From Schmidtea polychroa (taxonomy: Eukaryota), in assembly GCA_044892525.1 (NCBI GenBank), contig CM097885.1, forward strand, positions 41,170,001 to 41,234,000: a stretch of DNA of 64,000 nt, given 5' to 3'. A model generated the notes under the pieces. It saw only the letters and a program-made list of their open reading frames with translations. It was not told the DNA's origin and did not search any database. This document shows, one piece after another, positions 28,614-42,950 of this stretch (its first letter is position 1; each line of letters starts with the position of its first letter). The position numbers and the translations under genes were made by a program.

Positions 28614-30029
28614 TTTATTATTTCTAATTTATTGTGTAAAACAACTGTTTGCTATGTCCTTTCGTTGTAAATATTTTTAATATATTATTACATTTTCTCT
28701 AATAATTCCCAGGTAAATGAAATCAAATTTACTGACTAGAATAACCATTGAATTTCAATCCCAATCTTGTTCTATGTTAAAATTAAGGTTAAATAATAAA
28801 ACAAAATACTGTGCTTTTTAAAATTAATTAATAGCATAGCATATTCATAAGGAAAATATTTGTCAAAAGAAAAGATTCTGTTTTGCCACAATTACATTTC
28901 ATTAATAATTGGATGAAAAAATAACATTTCGTCAAATATGGCTAACGAAACAAATAATTATCATTAATTAATAGATTAAATAATAGTTTCTCATATTTCT
29001 CACAAATCTAGACAATAATTATAATGCCAGCAATTATTATGAATTTTATTAAAATTTTCATTATGGAATTTCACTGAACTTACATGAGAATTTATTTGGA
29101 CTGTTTATTATCAATGGGTCGAATAAAATTTATTCTCCCGAGGATTTATTTTTAATTAAATTTTTGAATTATTCAGATTAATAAAATTTTATAAAACGCA
29201 TTTGAAAAAATAAAAATTATTTTCCCCTCCATTTTATTTGACTGAAAGATGTGGCAAAATCTTTCGTTTATTAATCAATTATTTGAAGAAAATGTAAAAA
29301 TAAATGAATTTTGTTTTAATCTAATTGAATTGTAGAAAATTTCTTAGAAATATTATTTTGCATTTCTTGACAAACTATTCACATTTTAATTAATATAACC
29401 TACTTAATTTCTCTTAATTGCTACATTTTTTTATGAGCTAGATCTTTTTACTTATGTAAAATATACGTGTAAGTATGTTATTATTGATATTGGTTTCTTT
29501 AAAGTTTTATAGAATAGCGGAACCGGAATACAGGGTAGAACAAAACGTTTTGATATCCTAAGTTAATATCAACTTGAGTATCCTTCTTTTGGTCAAATTG
29601 TTGATAGTTATTTACGTGACTATTAAAGACATATAGCTAAACTTGCCCTCGAATATATGTTATTTTTAAAATTCCTACTTTGTAGAAAATTGATTCAAAA
29701 TGCCAATAATTTTAAATTATATCTGAGAAATTGAATCTGCGAAATACAATCATCATTTATCAAGTAAACATGTAGAAATTTATATAAGAGAGTTTTGTGG
29801 GTTTTATATATTATATAATAGACCTCAATACAAACAAATATACCATTACAATTATAAACCAGTAACAATTTAAATGTCTGTAAAAGAAATCTGTAGATTC
29901 TTTCAACTGGACTAATTTTATAGTCCACCGCATTGTTGAATTCATTGCAAACTTTATGAGAGGTAATACTTTGCCATGAACGTTTATCTTCCAAACAACA
30001 GAAAACCTAGTCATTGTCATTATAACATA

Positions 30030-30425
<396 letters not shown>

Positions 30426-31635
30426 AAGTACATGTAAATCTTTATATAAACTTCCGTTTAAAATCTTTCTTTCTAATATTCTCTATTATTCTCCATCTTC
30501 TATCAAGGAAACACGATATATTTGTTCGAAATGATTTAAAAAGGTTTTAAACAATGTAAAAAGGTTATATTTCGGTATCCAAGGAAAAATATGTAAAAAC
30601 ATGATTTAACTAATAAATATGTTAATAAATATCTCTTAACAAATATTTCTTTTTGACCCGAAAAAATGTAATTAATTGATTTAATAAAGTTTTATTGATA
30701 TTTTATTCTCAAATTATCGTAAATATAAAATTGATTTTAGACTGTGTGGTTGTTATGGAAACTGAATAAATATTTTGTTATTTTAAATTTTCTAGTACCA
30801 TTGAAATAAATTTCAGGTAACTTTTCATTTTGACTAGTCCTATAAATTTGTTATGCGTCGTTGAGAACACAATTAATAGCCCTGGACATTTTAAATTGTC
30901 TCGAGAATTTTATTATAAAATTAAAAATTTTATTTTTTTCATTCAGAATCTTGATATTACGGACTTCCTGCATAATTTCCAAAATGTAAATAAATTTTTT
31001 TTTTAAATGTGCATATCATATTTATTTTTTGGATTTACATTTGATATTTTTTTAATTCAATAATTTTCACATTGATATATGTAAGATTATAAATCAAAAC
31101 AATATATACGGTACACGATATTTCGGAAATACCTACTTGATAAAGGCTATGCAGAAATACCGTGTACTTTATACATTGTTTTGATCTTTCGCCTTACAAA
31201 TATTAATATAAAAATTATTTAAATAAAATAATGCAATGATTGAATTGGCGGATAAATCATTTATTTATATAAAATAAAATAAATTTTTTTTTGACACCTT
31301 TAAATTCTCATATGCTCTGAAATCAAAGGAAGAGGAAATCTTTATAACAAATACAATCTAATATTTTCATTATATTAACTGTAAATATATACTTTTCAAA
31401 TAAATAAAAATAATAATAAATGAACGTAATTAATTACCAAAGAAATTTTGTGGATTAATGTTTAAAATAATTTTATTAAATATTTAAAATGAGTTACATA
31501 AATAATATTTAGTATTGGTTTTTATTACCATTTTTAATGTAGAAGTCCGAAAGGTTTGGTAATTAAATAACTATTTAGAAAATGATGCAATAATTCAAAT
31601 TTATTATAGTATTTATTTATAATTCTTATTATTGA

Positions 31636-31708
<73 letters not shown>

Positions 31709-31999
31709 GTAAGGAGTTAGTAAATCTCTATATAAAATTATTATGGTTAAATGGTAGAAGTGAGATCAGATAGAAGAAATAATTATTTCTGTTAAATATT
31801 TATATTTAAATTCTATATTAAATTATATCATATTATATTAAATTATATTAAATTAAATCAATTAAATGTATGACCAGTAATTACATTAATATTAATAATT
31901 ATCACGCCTCGGTGTTTAAATACACTAGTAAACGGCACAATTTTGAAGTTGTTATAAAAATAAATGCTTGAAGAAGACTTGAATTTAATTGCGTCTAAC

Positions 32000-33032
32000 A
32001 TGGCGACCACGACCACGGATTTATTGATAAGCAGACTATTACCTGAGAAATTTCACAAAGGCGATGATTTAGAAAATTTTATCAAGGATTGTCAAAGGTT
32101 TTTTGGCGCGACAAAAACAACAATTAGGATGCAAGTAATATTAACTACAACATTACTTGACAGATCGCTAATGGAAGATTATGAAACAGCCGAAGGAAAA
32201 ACTATGGAAGAGAAACTTCGATATGCATTTTCGAAACCGACATCATTAATGGATGATCTAAAAGAAACTTTGAGTTATGAACAAGGATCAGATTCAGCCG
32301 AAACTTTTATAGAGAAAATTAAAAAGATGACAAAGAAATTAATAGCACACAAATGGGATGAAGAAGAAATAGAAAAATGCCTGCTTACAAACTGTGTAAG
32401 AGATCGAGAAGTTAAAAAAGAGATCGAGGTGAAAGATTTGAAAACATCAGAAGAAATAAAAGCGACAATAAAGAAATTAGAAAAGGTAAACAAAATTATG
32501 GGCCATATTAATGTTGTGAACCGGTTGTTCAAAACTACAGAAGCTACAGAGATGTTGCTCAAAGAGGAATGGTAAACGGAAATAATAATTTCAAGCAGCG
32601 AAACGTCAGTAACCGACAATTGGAATGCTGGACATGCAAGAAAACTGGTCATGTTAGTCGAGAATGCCAAATGAAAAAGAAAATGACGTGTTTTGCATGC
32701 GGAGTTGAAGGCCACGTACGGCGAGAATGTTCAACGATTCAATGCCAGAGATGTCACTTACGTGGACACAAGGAGATTGACTGCTATACAAATTTGGAGA
32801 GAAGGAAGTTTCAAACTAATTCAAACATGAGAAACAATAATTATTATGCCATCGAACCACAAGCTATCAACAAAAGATCCACAATCCAGGAAGAACAATT
32901 GCAGCAATTGAAGCTAATGATGAGACGATGCCACTTGAATATTCAGATGATGCAGAAGAAAAATATGAGGAGATTCAGCACCCAAAAGTACATGCTTCGA
33001 CACGGGAGGCAATGATCGGTGCAATATACTAG
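32000..33032 (+). pseudogene. gag: gag with three CCHC zinc knuckles (frameshifted)
   Basis: CWTCKKTGHVSREC, CFACGVEGHVRREC, CQRCHLRGHKEIDC; split across ORFs 31964-32575 and 32569-33015. Confidence 0.9.
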
Positions 33033-35610
33033 GTAATTTTGATATTGATGTAAATATTGGTCATAATAATTTTAATAATGTAAATAATCCTTATATATAT
33101 AATAATGTAGAACCTTTATGTAATAATATTTGTAATTTTAAAAAGTTTCCTTTAAATAATTTTAAATGTTATAGTTATTTTAATGCTGATCGATCTTTAA
33201 TAAATAATAATAATAATCCTAAGAATCAAGAAGAGTATAATGAAATTAAAGAAGCAGAATATAATAATAAAATAGCAAATGAAAAAGTTTATAAATTTAT
33301 TAAAAAGGCAGAAGATAAACTAGAGAGAAAGGAAATTGGGTGGATTAATGAAATATCAGAGGAGCAAAATATTTTCACTAAAGATGAATGGAAACGACCG
33401 AAATTGAGTTATGACAAAATGCAAGGTAGACCGAGTACAACTCTTGAAATTCAAGGCTATAGAATGGAATGCTTACTAGATACAGGAGCAAGAGTAAATG
33501 TAATGGCAGAAGCAGTTGTGGACAAATTAGTGAATGTGAAAATCATAAAAACAGATGAGATGTTAAGATGTGCAAATGATAGTAAATTAGAGACAATCGG
33601 AAAAGTATATATTGATGTTAGAATTGGTAATATGGAAAGAAAAATAACATTTATAATAGTTAAAAATATTGTTCCAGATATAATAGGCGGAGTGGAATTG
33701 CAGAAAGAGTTTGGAATTGAATTAAACTAAATCAAGCAAAATGAAGAAGGATACAATGAATTTGTGTGTGAAATAGAAGCTAGATTTGGGGAAAAGATTA
33801 CAGATAACGAGAGATGTCAAAAAGAAATAGAAATTCTAAGATTAAACGAAAATAAAAGACTGTTAGAGATTGTTACAAACAATAAAAGTGTTTTTATGGC
33901 TAATAACTGGGATATCGGATGTACTGATTTAATTGCACATAAAATCATCACAAAAGAAGGGCCAATTATGATAAAACCCAGAAGGCAACCCATCAATTTA
34001 GAGGAGAAAAAAAATTCTGCTATAAAAAATTTAGAAAATAATGATATCATAAGAAGATGTAATTCACCTTGGAATACGCCGTTAGTATGCGTGTGGAAAA
34101 AAGACAAAAAAGATATCAGACTTTGTTTAGATTTTAGACAGCTTAATAAGATTACTGAAAGACAAGCTTTTCCTATGCCGAATGTAGAAGAAATTCTAGA
34201 TACATTACATGGATCTAAGTACTTTAGTTCTATAGACCTTGGGAACGCTTATTATCAAGTGAAATTGGACATAGAATCGCAAGAAAAGACAGCATTTTTT
34301 ACTAAAGAAGGGCAATTTTGTTTTAATAGAATGCCTTTTGGCATTGCGGCGGCACCGGGTACATTCCTTGAATTAATGACAAAAATATTGAAAGATCTAT
34401 GGAAAGAAGGAGTTATGGTGTATTTAGACGATATTTTAATTTTTACAAGAACAATTGAAGAACATTACAATGTGTTTGGAAAAGTTCTAGAGAAAATACG
34501 GGAAGCTAAATTGAGAATCAACCCAGAAAAATGTCAGTTATTAAAGAGCGAAGTAAAGTTTTTAGGGCACATTATTAACAGTCAAGGGATTCGGACAGAT
34601 CAAAGTAAAATTGAGGCTATTAAATCATTTCAGAGGCCTAAATGTATAAAGAATTTGAGATGCTTTTTAGGTATATGTAACTATTATCGGAGATTTATTA
34701 AGGAATATGCAACAAAATCAAGAGCGCTAGAAAGCATATGTGGAAGCAATAGTGAAAAAATAATCTGGACTGGGGAATGTGAGAAAGTTTTCGAATAAAT
34801 GAAAATGGCGTTGACTACAGCGCCAATTCTCGTATTTCCAGATTTCAAGAAAGAATTCATATTAGATACAGACGCAAGCTTTGATACAATTGGAGCTGTA
34901 TTATCACAAAGAGATAAAATGGGGCATGAACACGTTATTGCATATGGATCCCATGCAATGAGTAGCCATGAAAGAGGATATTGTATAACACGAAAAGAGC
35001 TTTTGGCTATATATTATTTCTGTCGCCATTTCAAACATTATTTATATGGTAAACTATTTGTTTTGCTCACTGATCATAAAGCAATAACTTCTATGTTAAC
35101 GACAAAGAAGCCTAAAGCAGCACAGTTCCAAACGTGGATAAATTACTTGAGCAGTTTAGACATAAAAATGAAGTTCAGAAAAGGTACGGCGCATACGAAT
35201 GCAGATATGCTGTCTAGAAATACATGCGGCAAATGTGTACAATGTTTGATGGACCATGATAACCCCAAATCAGGGCGATTAAAAACTAGATTGTTAACAT
35301 TGATGACCGAAAATAATGGAAATGAATGGCAAAGAGATAATGCAGAAATACAAGAAATAAAAGATCAAATAAATGAAAGGAAAAATAATAAATATATATT
35401 AAAAGGAAATATGATCTATACCAATCAAAACAAAATATGGATACCAGAAACAAAAAGACGAGAAATGATTAAGGAAACAAATTTATTATTATGCCACGCA
35501 GAAGTAGAAAAAGTTATAAAATATATTTGGAACAATTTTGATATGGAAGATTTGCTAAATGAAGTAAAAGAGACTATTTCAATATGTGAAGCATGCCAGA
35601 AAAACAAAGT
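32981..35610 (+). pseudogene. pol: pol: protease, RT, RNase H, integrase zinc finger only; in-frame stops at 33728 and 34796
   Basis: LLDTGA, YLDD, TDAS...TDH..NADMLSR, CHAE...CEACQ, then fusion into LTR sequence. Confidence 0.92.
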
Positions 35611-35708
35611 CACGCCTCGGTGTTTAAATACACTAATAAACGGCACAATTTTGAAGTTGTTATAAAAATAAATGCTTGAAGAAGACTTGAATTTAATTGC
35701 GTCTAACA

Positions 35709-35863
<155 letters not shown>

Positions 35864-38800
35864 CATCATCATTAAACTTTGATAACTTATATTAGTGTTT
35901 TTCTTTATTTAACTTCATCATTTTGCAAATTTAGATATATTTTTCTGAATTTAAATTTACATAGATATGTTAAATGATGATTAAATCATATGAACATATA
36001 TTATTAACAGATCATTAAAAATACCTTCTCATGTAATTAGTTCATAGTGTTTCGAGAAGTCATTTTCCAAATTTTTGGAACAATGAAAAAAAATCAACAT
36101 GGCTAATAAATATTTCTCGTAAATTCTATTAAAATTCTATTAAATTCTATTAAATTCTTTTTAGTAAATAAGGAAACAAAAGTTCTCTACTTAATTCTTA
36201 TAAGTTATGCAAAGTTTTAAGCATAATATTTAAGGAAATAAGTAATTTTCAAGAAATCTTTATTGTTATTTCTCTCACAATCAAAATGGTATTTTCAAGT
36301 TTACCATTTCCTCTCAAAATTTAAATTAAAAAGCCAATTAAGTTAGACAGAAAATTTACAAGTACACCAAATTATTTTGAATAATAAGAAGTATTTTGCC
36401 GGTAAGATTTTACCATATTTTATTTATTTATATTTATTTCTTTAAATTTTCTTTAAAAATATTGTCAAAGTATAGTTTTTTATTGATGATTCAACTTCAA
36501 AGAACTGGTTAATTAAAACAAATATATTAGTAATAGTTAAAATAAATTTAAAATATAATTATTCAAAGGTTGTAAAGTAATTGCAAGAAAATTTGGTATT
36601 TAATTGAAATTCGAAGTTATTCTGTCTAAAATAAGGCCAAATATTATATTTTAATTGCGTGAAGAATTAATAAATATTAATTGAATCTCAGACATAATAA
36701 CTTATTATCCTTTAACAAACTTAAAATTAAATCTAACTTTGGTGCTCCTTTATTATTTTTCTAAATTAGTGCCCAGGAAAATAAATTTTTCTCTTTGTTA
36801 TTAATAAATTTATAATTTATAGTATTTATAAAAAGGCTTGACTATGAATCAGTATGAATCAGTAATATATAAAAAACATCAAATTATTTACTGATTCATA
36901 GTCTTCGAGCTTTTTAATAAATACAATGTCAATAGAAAAAAAATCAGTGATGAAATTTGAAAAACAAAGTTCTTATAATATTATATTTTATAATTTATAA
37001 TTTATAAATATTTATTCAACGAAGAAATTTCCAACGAAATAATTTATTTATTTTAAATATAATATTGTAAAATAAATAAATTTTGTTGATCATTTTCAAT
37101 ATGGTAAATGTCTGAGGTTTCAACTGACAGTTACTTTGTCTCACCAAGGTAAGAACGGTTGCAGATTATTTATAATTAGAGTTTATATTCATATGAGGAA
37201 TAATTAATGAATGAAAGATTATAAGAAATTATTTTATTTTCAAATAGAAGCCGTTTTTGGTAAGTATATCCTTTTAAAGTCTCAATAATGAATAAAATAT
37301 TTTAATCGAAAAACCAATTCATTTTCTTTTTGATATTTTCATTGAAATATAGTTTGTTATGTTACATCCAGATTATTCTAAAGTGGCGGCCGATAAGGAC
37401 AAATGTGAATAGCAATATATGACATTTAACCAATTAGATTTTAAACAATTTATAAATATTTTTTGTTTTTATCAGGTTCATAATTGAATGTACAGTGAAT
37501 AGTGTATATTTGTTTAAATGATGAATTTTAGCTTTATGTGAAAATGCTTATTTCTACTGATTGGAGGAACCTCAATTATTAAAATTAAGTGACAATGTTT
37601 TCTAATTGGTAAGTCTCAATCAATTGAAAAATAAAATACTTACTTGAAAAAAATAGTTAATATTTTTGTTTTATGTTACATTAATGGATATATTGGTTGA
37701 AAAATATTGGTGGAATCATTAACAACAGATTATGAATTACAAATTTTACAGAATTTACATCATCTATTAATTATAATACGGAAGCAGTTAAAAGTGAAGA
37801 TATTATAGGAGCATAAGAATAATTGAAGAATTTGAAATATATTTTTTAACTGATGCAATATAGTTTTGAAGAGTTGAATGTCGATCGTTGAAATTTGAAT
37901 TAAGGCTTCGTTTTATATCTGTGCCATTTCCGCGACTTAGATTGGCGAAAACAATCAAGTGGCCAAAAACAATGGTTTGGTCTTTCTTTTACAAACTTCA
38001 AATGCGAACTGATATTTTCATTAGGTGAACTAAGAAATATATGAAAAACAAAGATATTGATGTTGATGCAATTATATATTGGATGTTGAGGTGAAGTGGC
38101 ATGATTTTTGAATTTTCTTTTGATCAGTTAGTAGATGGATGGGTGCCCGCTAGACCAGGTGCCCGCTGGACCACATACCCCTCCGAAAAAAAATTTTTTT
38201 TTTAAATTTCTAAGTCTAAAAGTACATTTTTTTTCAAGGTCAAATTTTAAACAAAGACATATGACTCATCAAGGTCATTTAAACAAAGACCATGACTCAT
38301 CCGATGACTCATCCAAGGTCATTCCCAAGGTTACATGACTCATCGTAATGACTCATCAAGGTCATATTATTATTTTTAAAAAATATTATTATTTTATTAT
38401 TATTATTCAAAATATTATTAAGTGGTCCAGCGGGCACCTGGTTTTCGTTTGCCCAAAAGTTATCGTTCCCATTATCCGATTTTATTAAACGATAGCTTAA
38501 TTTGAAGCTTAGTGCAAACCTTTCGAATGAGCTATTGAAGGTATCATTATCATTATTATTGGCAAAGTTATTAACGTTTTCCCGAGACCATTTTCAAGGT
38601 CATATAATTATTATTATTTTTCAAAATATTATTATTTTCAAAATATCATTTTTTTTTCAAGGTCATTTATTTTTTCAAGGTCATATTACTATTTTTCAAA
38701 ATATTATTACTTTCAAGGTCATATTATTATTATTTTATTTTTGTTTTAATTATCGATTAATTAATAGTAATAATTTTGTTTAAATCGTTGATTATATGAT

Positions 38801-39148
38801 AATATTTTTATTTTTGTTTTAATTATCGATTACTTAATAATTTCATTTTGTTTAAATCGTTAATTATATAATAATATTTTTTGTTTTAATTATCAATTAC
38901 AAAATAATTTCATTTTGTTTAAATCGTTGATTATATTATTTTTTGTTTTAATTATCAATTACATAATAATTTCATTTTGTTTAAATCGTTGATTATATAA
39001 TTTTTTTGTTTTAATTATCGATTACGTTTGTTTAAATTATCGATTATGTAATTATTTAATTTATCATTATTATTGGGAAAGATATTAACGCCCGCGCGGA
39101 AGATGTTATTTTCAAAATTATTATTATTATTTTCAAAATTTTAATCAA

Positions 39149-39196
<48 letters not shown>

Positions 39197-39410
39197 GATT
39201 ATTATTGCAAATATTCATAAAACTTAATTTCTACGTCAATTTCATGATTTTCAACATTTTCATCATTTGCATGAATATTTTAATAATTTTCATTATTTTC
39301 ATAATTTTCTACATTTTCAATATTTTCACGATTTTCAACATTTTCGTTGATTATTTCAGGAACTTTTCATCAAATATTTTTCAAAGTATTATTTTCAAAG
39401 TTTTTATTAA

Positions 39411-39453
<43 letters not shown>

Positions 39454-41379
39454 TTTTTTTTTTATTATTATTATTTACATAATTCTAATTATTTATCTTA
39501 TTAATTTATCATAGAATATTAAATAATTTCCTAACTTTAATGAAGATTCTTACCACCTGAGAATAATATTTTTAATTTACCTCGGTGTTATTAAAATTAT
39601 CTTTAGACTTTACGCTTCTCACCATTTTAGAATAAGATTTTTTATCAAAATTTGTGTTAATTTGACTGATTCAATTTGATGGAGTTATTGTTAATTCGTT
39701 TTATTATATATACTATGAGTTTATCCGACAAGATATTTTCTCCCTCTATGGGTACTTTTCACGATTGGTACTGCTCGTAAGGGTACGGATCGTAAAGTTA
39801 CTGGTGTGTTTTAATGATTTTATTTAGGCAAATTTAGGTTATTAATTAGCATTAAATTCATTGGTAATTTTTTATAGTTAGCGGGATTTTCCTAACATTA
39901 TTACTAACCCTTTTGTGAGTAATTGAAAGAATATTTTAAAATTTAAGGTTTTAGTGTTAATTTTTTAATTTTAATTTTAAATTTAATTAATTTCTTGATA
40001 ATTTGCTATATTTTATTGACTTGTTTTTAAATTTAATTTTAAATAAAAATTATTTTAATGACAGTTAGGTTAATAATTAGAGTTTTTACAATAATCAAGT
40101 GATTATTATTATTTAATTTTTATGATGACTTTGACAATGATATTGACTAAATAATTCTTTCATATATTTTCTACGAATATTGATGAACTTTTAAATATTG
40201 AAAACCTAAAGTTGAAACCAGCTAATTTTATCATGATGATATATTTGAAATCTACTTGAAAATTATTGTAAAATATACTGAAATTTGTGATTTTGAAAGA
40301 TATATCACGTTATAATTGCTATATAATTGGCTGAATCGATGAAGAATTATGATCGATCAATATATTTCATCTCTAGTTAGGTATTTGATGGTAAATGTGG
40401 TGAAATATTTGTAGAAAATATTGATTTTAGTGATCTTTTTGTGGGCTCTTACTACATGAATTTCAATGGAAGGATGTCTGTAACAATTAAATAAAATTCA
40501 TATATTGACGAATTTTCTATGGATTTTAAGAGAATTGATATATTAAAGTCGGTTGGATTTAGTGAAGGTTCAGTTAAGATGGTAATATATGATTTTTAAA
40601 GGGGGTATTTAAAGGGGTAGAAATATTTAGTGAGGGATCGGTTAAGGCGGAAATGTTTGAAATCTCTATTTAAATCGACAATGTTCTTATTGGTAAAATA
40701 TCAAAGGGACATAGTCAGTATTTAGTTATGAATTAATAATAGTTCCTGTGAAATTATATCGTTTTAGAGGTTTATTAGGTTGTGATGAATGTTATTGCAC
40801 AGTAATATTATGTTTTAGAACCAGTTTTTATTAATTATCCACTGTTTTATTAAGTCGTTTAGGGTTAATGATCAATTTACTTGGTTTTGACAATGGAATA
40901 TTTGAAATATTAAGAATTAATTGGGATTGATATCAAAGGTTATTGCTTTAAATTATTTTATTTAAGAAGTTATTTTATTCATTGTGGGGATATCTGTGAC
41001 AAAACTTGAGAAATATTGACTTAAAAGTTGGAATTCGACAACAGCTAAAGAAAATTGATCTTTATTGAAAATATTTTATGATTTTAATTAGATTTCTAGA
41101 AATTAAATCGGTTGAATATTAAGGGTAAAGGGAAGGAATATTGTTATCGGATGGATAAATCTTTCAATGATATTTTGCTAAATTACCTTTGTTAAATTTT
41201 ATTTTAAATGACTAAAAAAGAGAAAATTAACCAATATTCATAAATTGATCGCACAAAATATCCCTGTTTTGGTAAAAGGTTACTCAAAATCCCTATTTAA
41301 AAATGTTAACCATGTATTTCTCACAAAGATATATTACACCCAATGATCATCTCATTAAATTAGAAAAGAATTGTAACCC

Positions 41380-41465
41380 TATATTTCTAACTAATAAGCA
41401 CCTTAATTGGTAAATTGATAACAAATGATCATGTTTCTATTATGACTCATTTTGCCTCAAACAAA
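41380..41465 (+). pseudogene. Possible adenain/Ulp1-like cysteine protease remnant
   Basis: Manual translation IFLTNKHLNW*IDNK*SCFYYDSFCLK resembles the H-W...YYDS pattern. Confidence 0.3.
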
Positions 41466-42950
41466 GATAGAAATTTACTCCAAATGATAAAGACTTTCTA
41501 CCAAAATTATCAATGAATATATTAATAACCATGCATTTCTCACGAAGTTATATTAACTATTGTAATGAACATTAGATGAATAAATTATCTATGAAATACT
41601 AAATATTCATATCTTATCTTTTGCTAAATATTATTTTAAATGACTAAACATGACAAAGTTAACCAATAAATTAGTCGCTCGAAATGAGAATTCGGTAAGT
41701 TACATTCAAAATATTCAAAATATTCACGAATTTCTGATATCTATGATCATCCAGTTCTCACTAAATTGCCTAAGAATTTTTAACTAATATACATGTGCTT
41801 TAATTAATATACCCTTGCGACATGTTGAATGTAAGTAGTACCCTTACGACAAATACACATAAGGGGGACAGAATATTTTGTGGGATAAATTCAGACTATA
41901 TATAAAAATTTACAATATGCTATGGTTTTTATTGATTAATTTGTTGTATATTGCATTGATACATCAAATGTCAGATAATATTTATAAATTAACTAAAAAA
42001 TACACAAAAATACTATATTACCTAAGAATTCTGTTATGTTTCTAGTTAAATAATTGAAATAATTGGTATATGTATCAACTATTTAAAAATTGTTATGAAT
42101 CCAAGAATATTTTAATTAAATGGTACAACCAAAAACATGGATTTCTAACTAAATTGGTAAATTTATCTGGCAATATTTTTTTTCGCTATATTTAAAATAA
42201 CCATGTACTTTTCACTAAATTTCCTAAAGATTTGCTATATGGTATTGTTAAATAATCATAATAATAAAATTAAAAATAATAATATTATGCCAGGGCATGA
42301 AAAAATAATATAATTGTATGACTAATAAATTTGCAATACAAGTGCATAATTAACAAAGACTTTGCAATAAATGGGCATGATTAACAAAGACACTAGAAAT
42401 ATTATCTTTACATTTTGTCGAAGATGATTATGGCAGTAATATCAGAGGAGAATCAATGGACAGAAGAAAAGCATAATTTAGTCATTATGATTTATAATAA
42501 TTGTAAATATAATAGTATATATAATTCTAAATTTCCATATATATATAAATAACACTATATAAAAAAATTAATACAAATATTAAGACAAAATGAATATGTT
42601 TTAATCAAAAAGTATTACAATAAAACAATAAATTTATAAAAACAAATTAAAACATTTATTTCCGAAAAAATAATAACCAATACATCCAGCATCTTCATGG
42701 TTCTTGCGAAGATCTTTTTCCATTTTGATGAACTCATGGGTATATTTCATTCTGAATAATCTAAAAATAATATTATAAATACCATTCCCTTCATCATATC
42801 ATCAACATTTGGTAGTTGCGCCCAATATAATTAATTACCAAGATGATTTCATATTATTCAATGTTTGAAAATTTCCTACATTATAGTACCGTCATTATGT
42901 ATGTTAATAATTCATTTGACTTTGATATTGTATTGATTTGTATTGAGAAC

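Larger units (their letters stand above)
31708..35708 (+). mobile_element. Ty3/Gypsy LTR retrotransposon, internally deleted, inserted in (TTA)n
   Basis: 5' LTR 31708-32000 (TG...CA), PBS TGGCGACCACG at 32001, gag-PR-RT-RH-IN order, and a partial 3' LTR at 35610-35708. Flanks are ATTAT on both sides. Confidence 0.95.
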
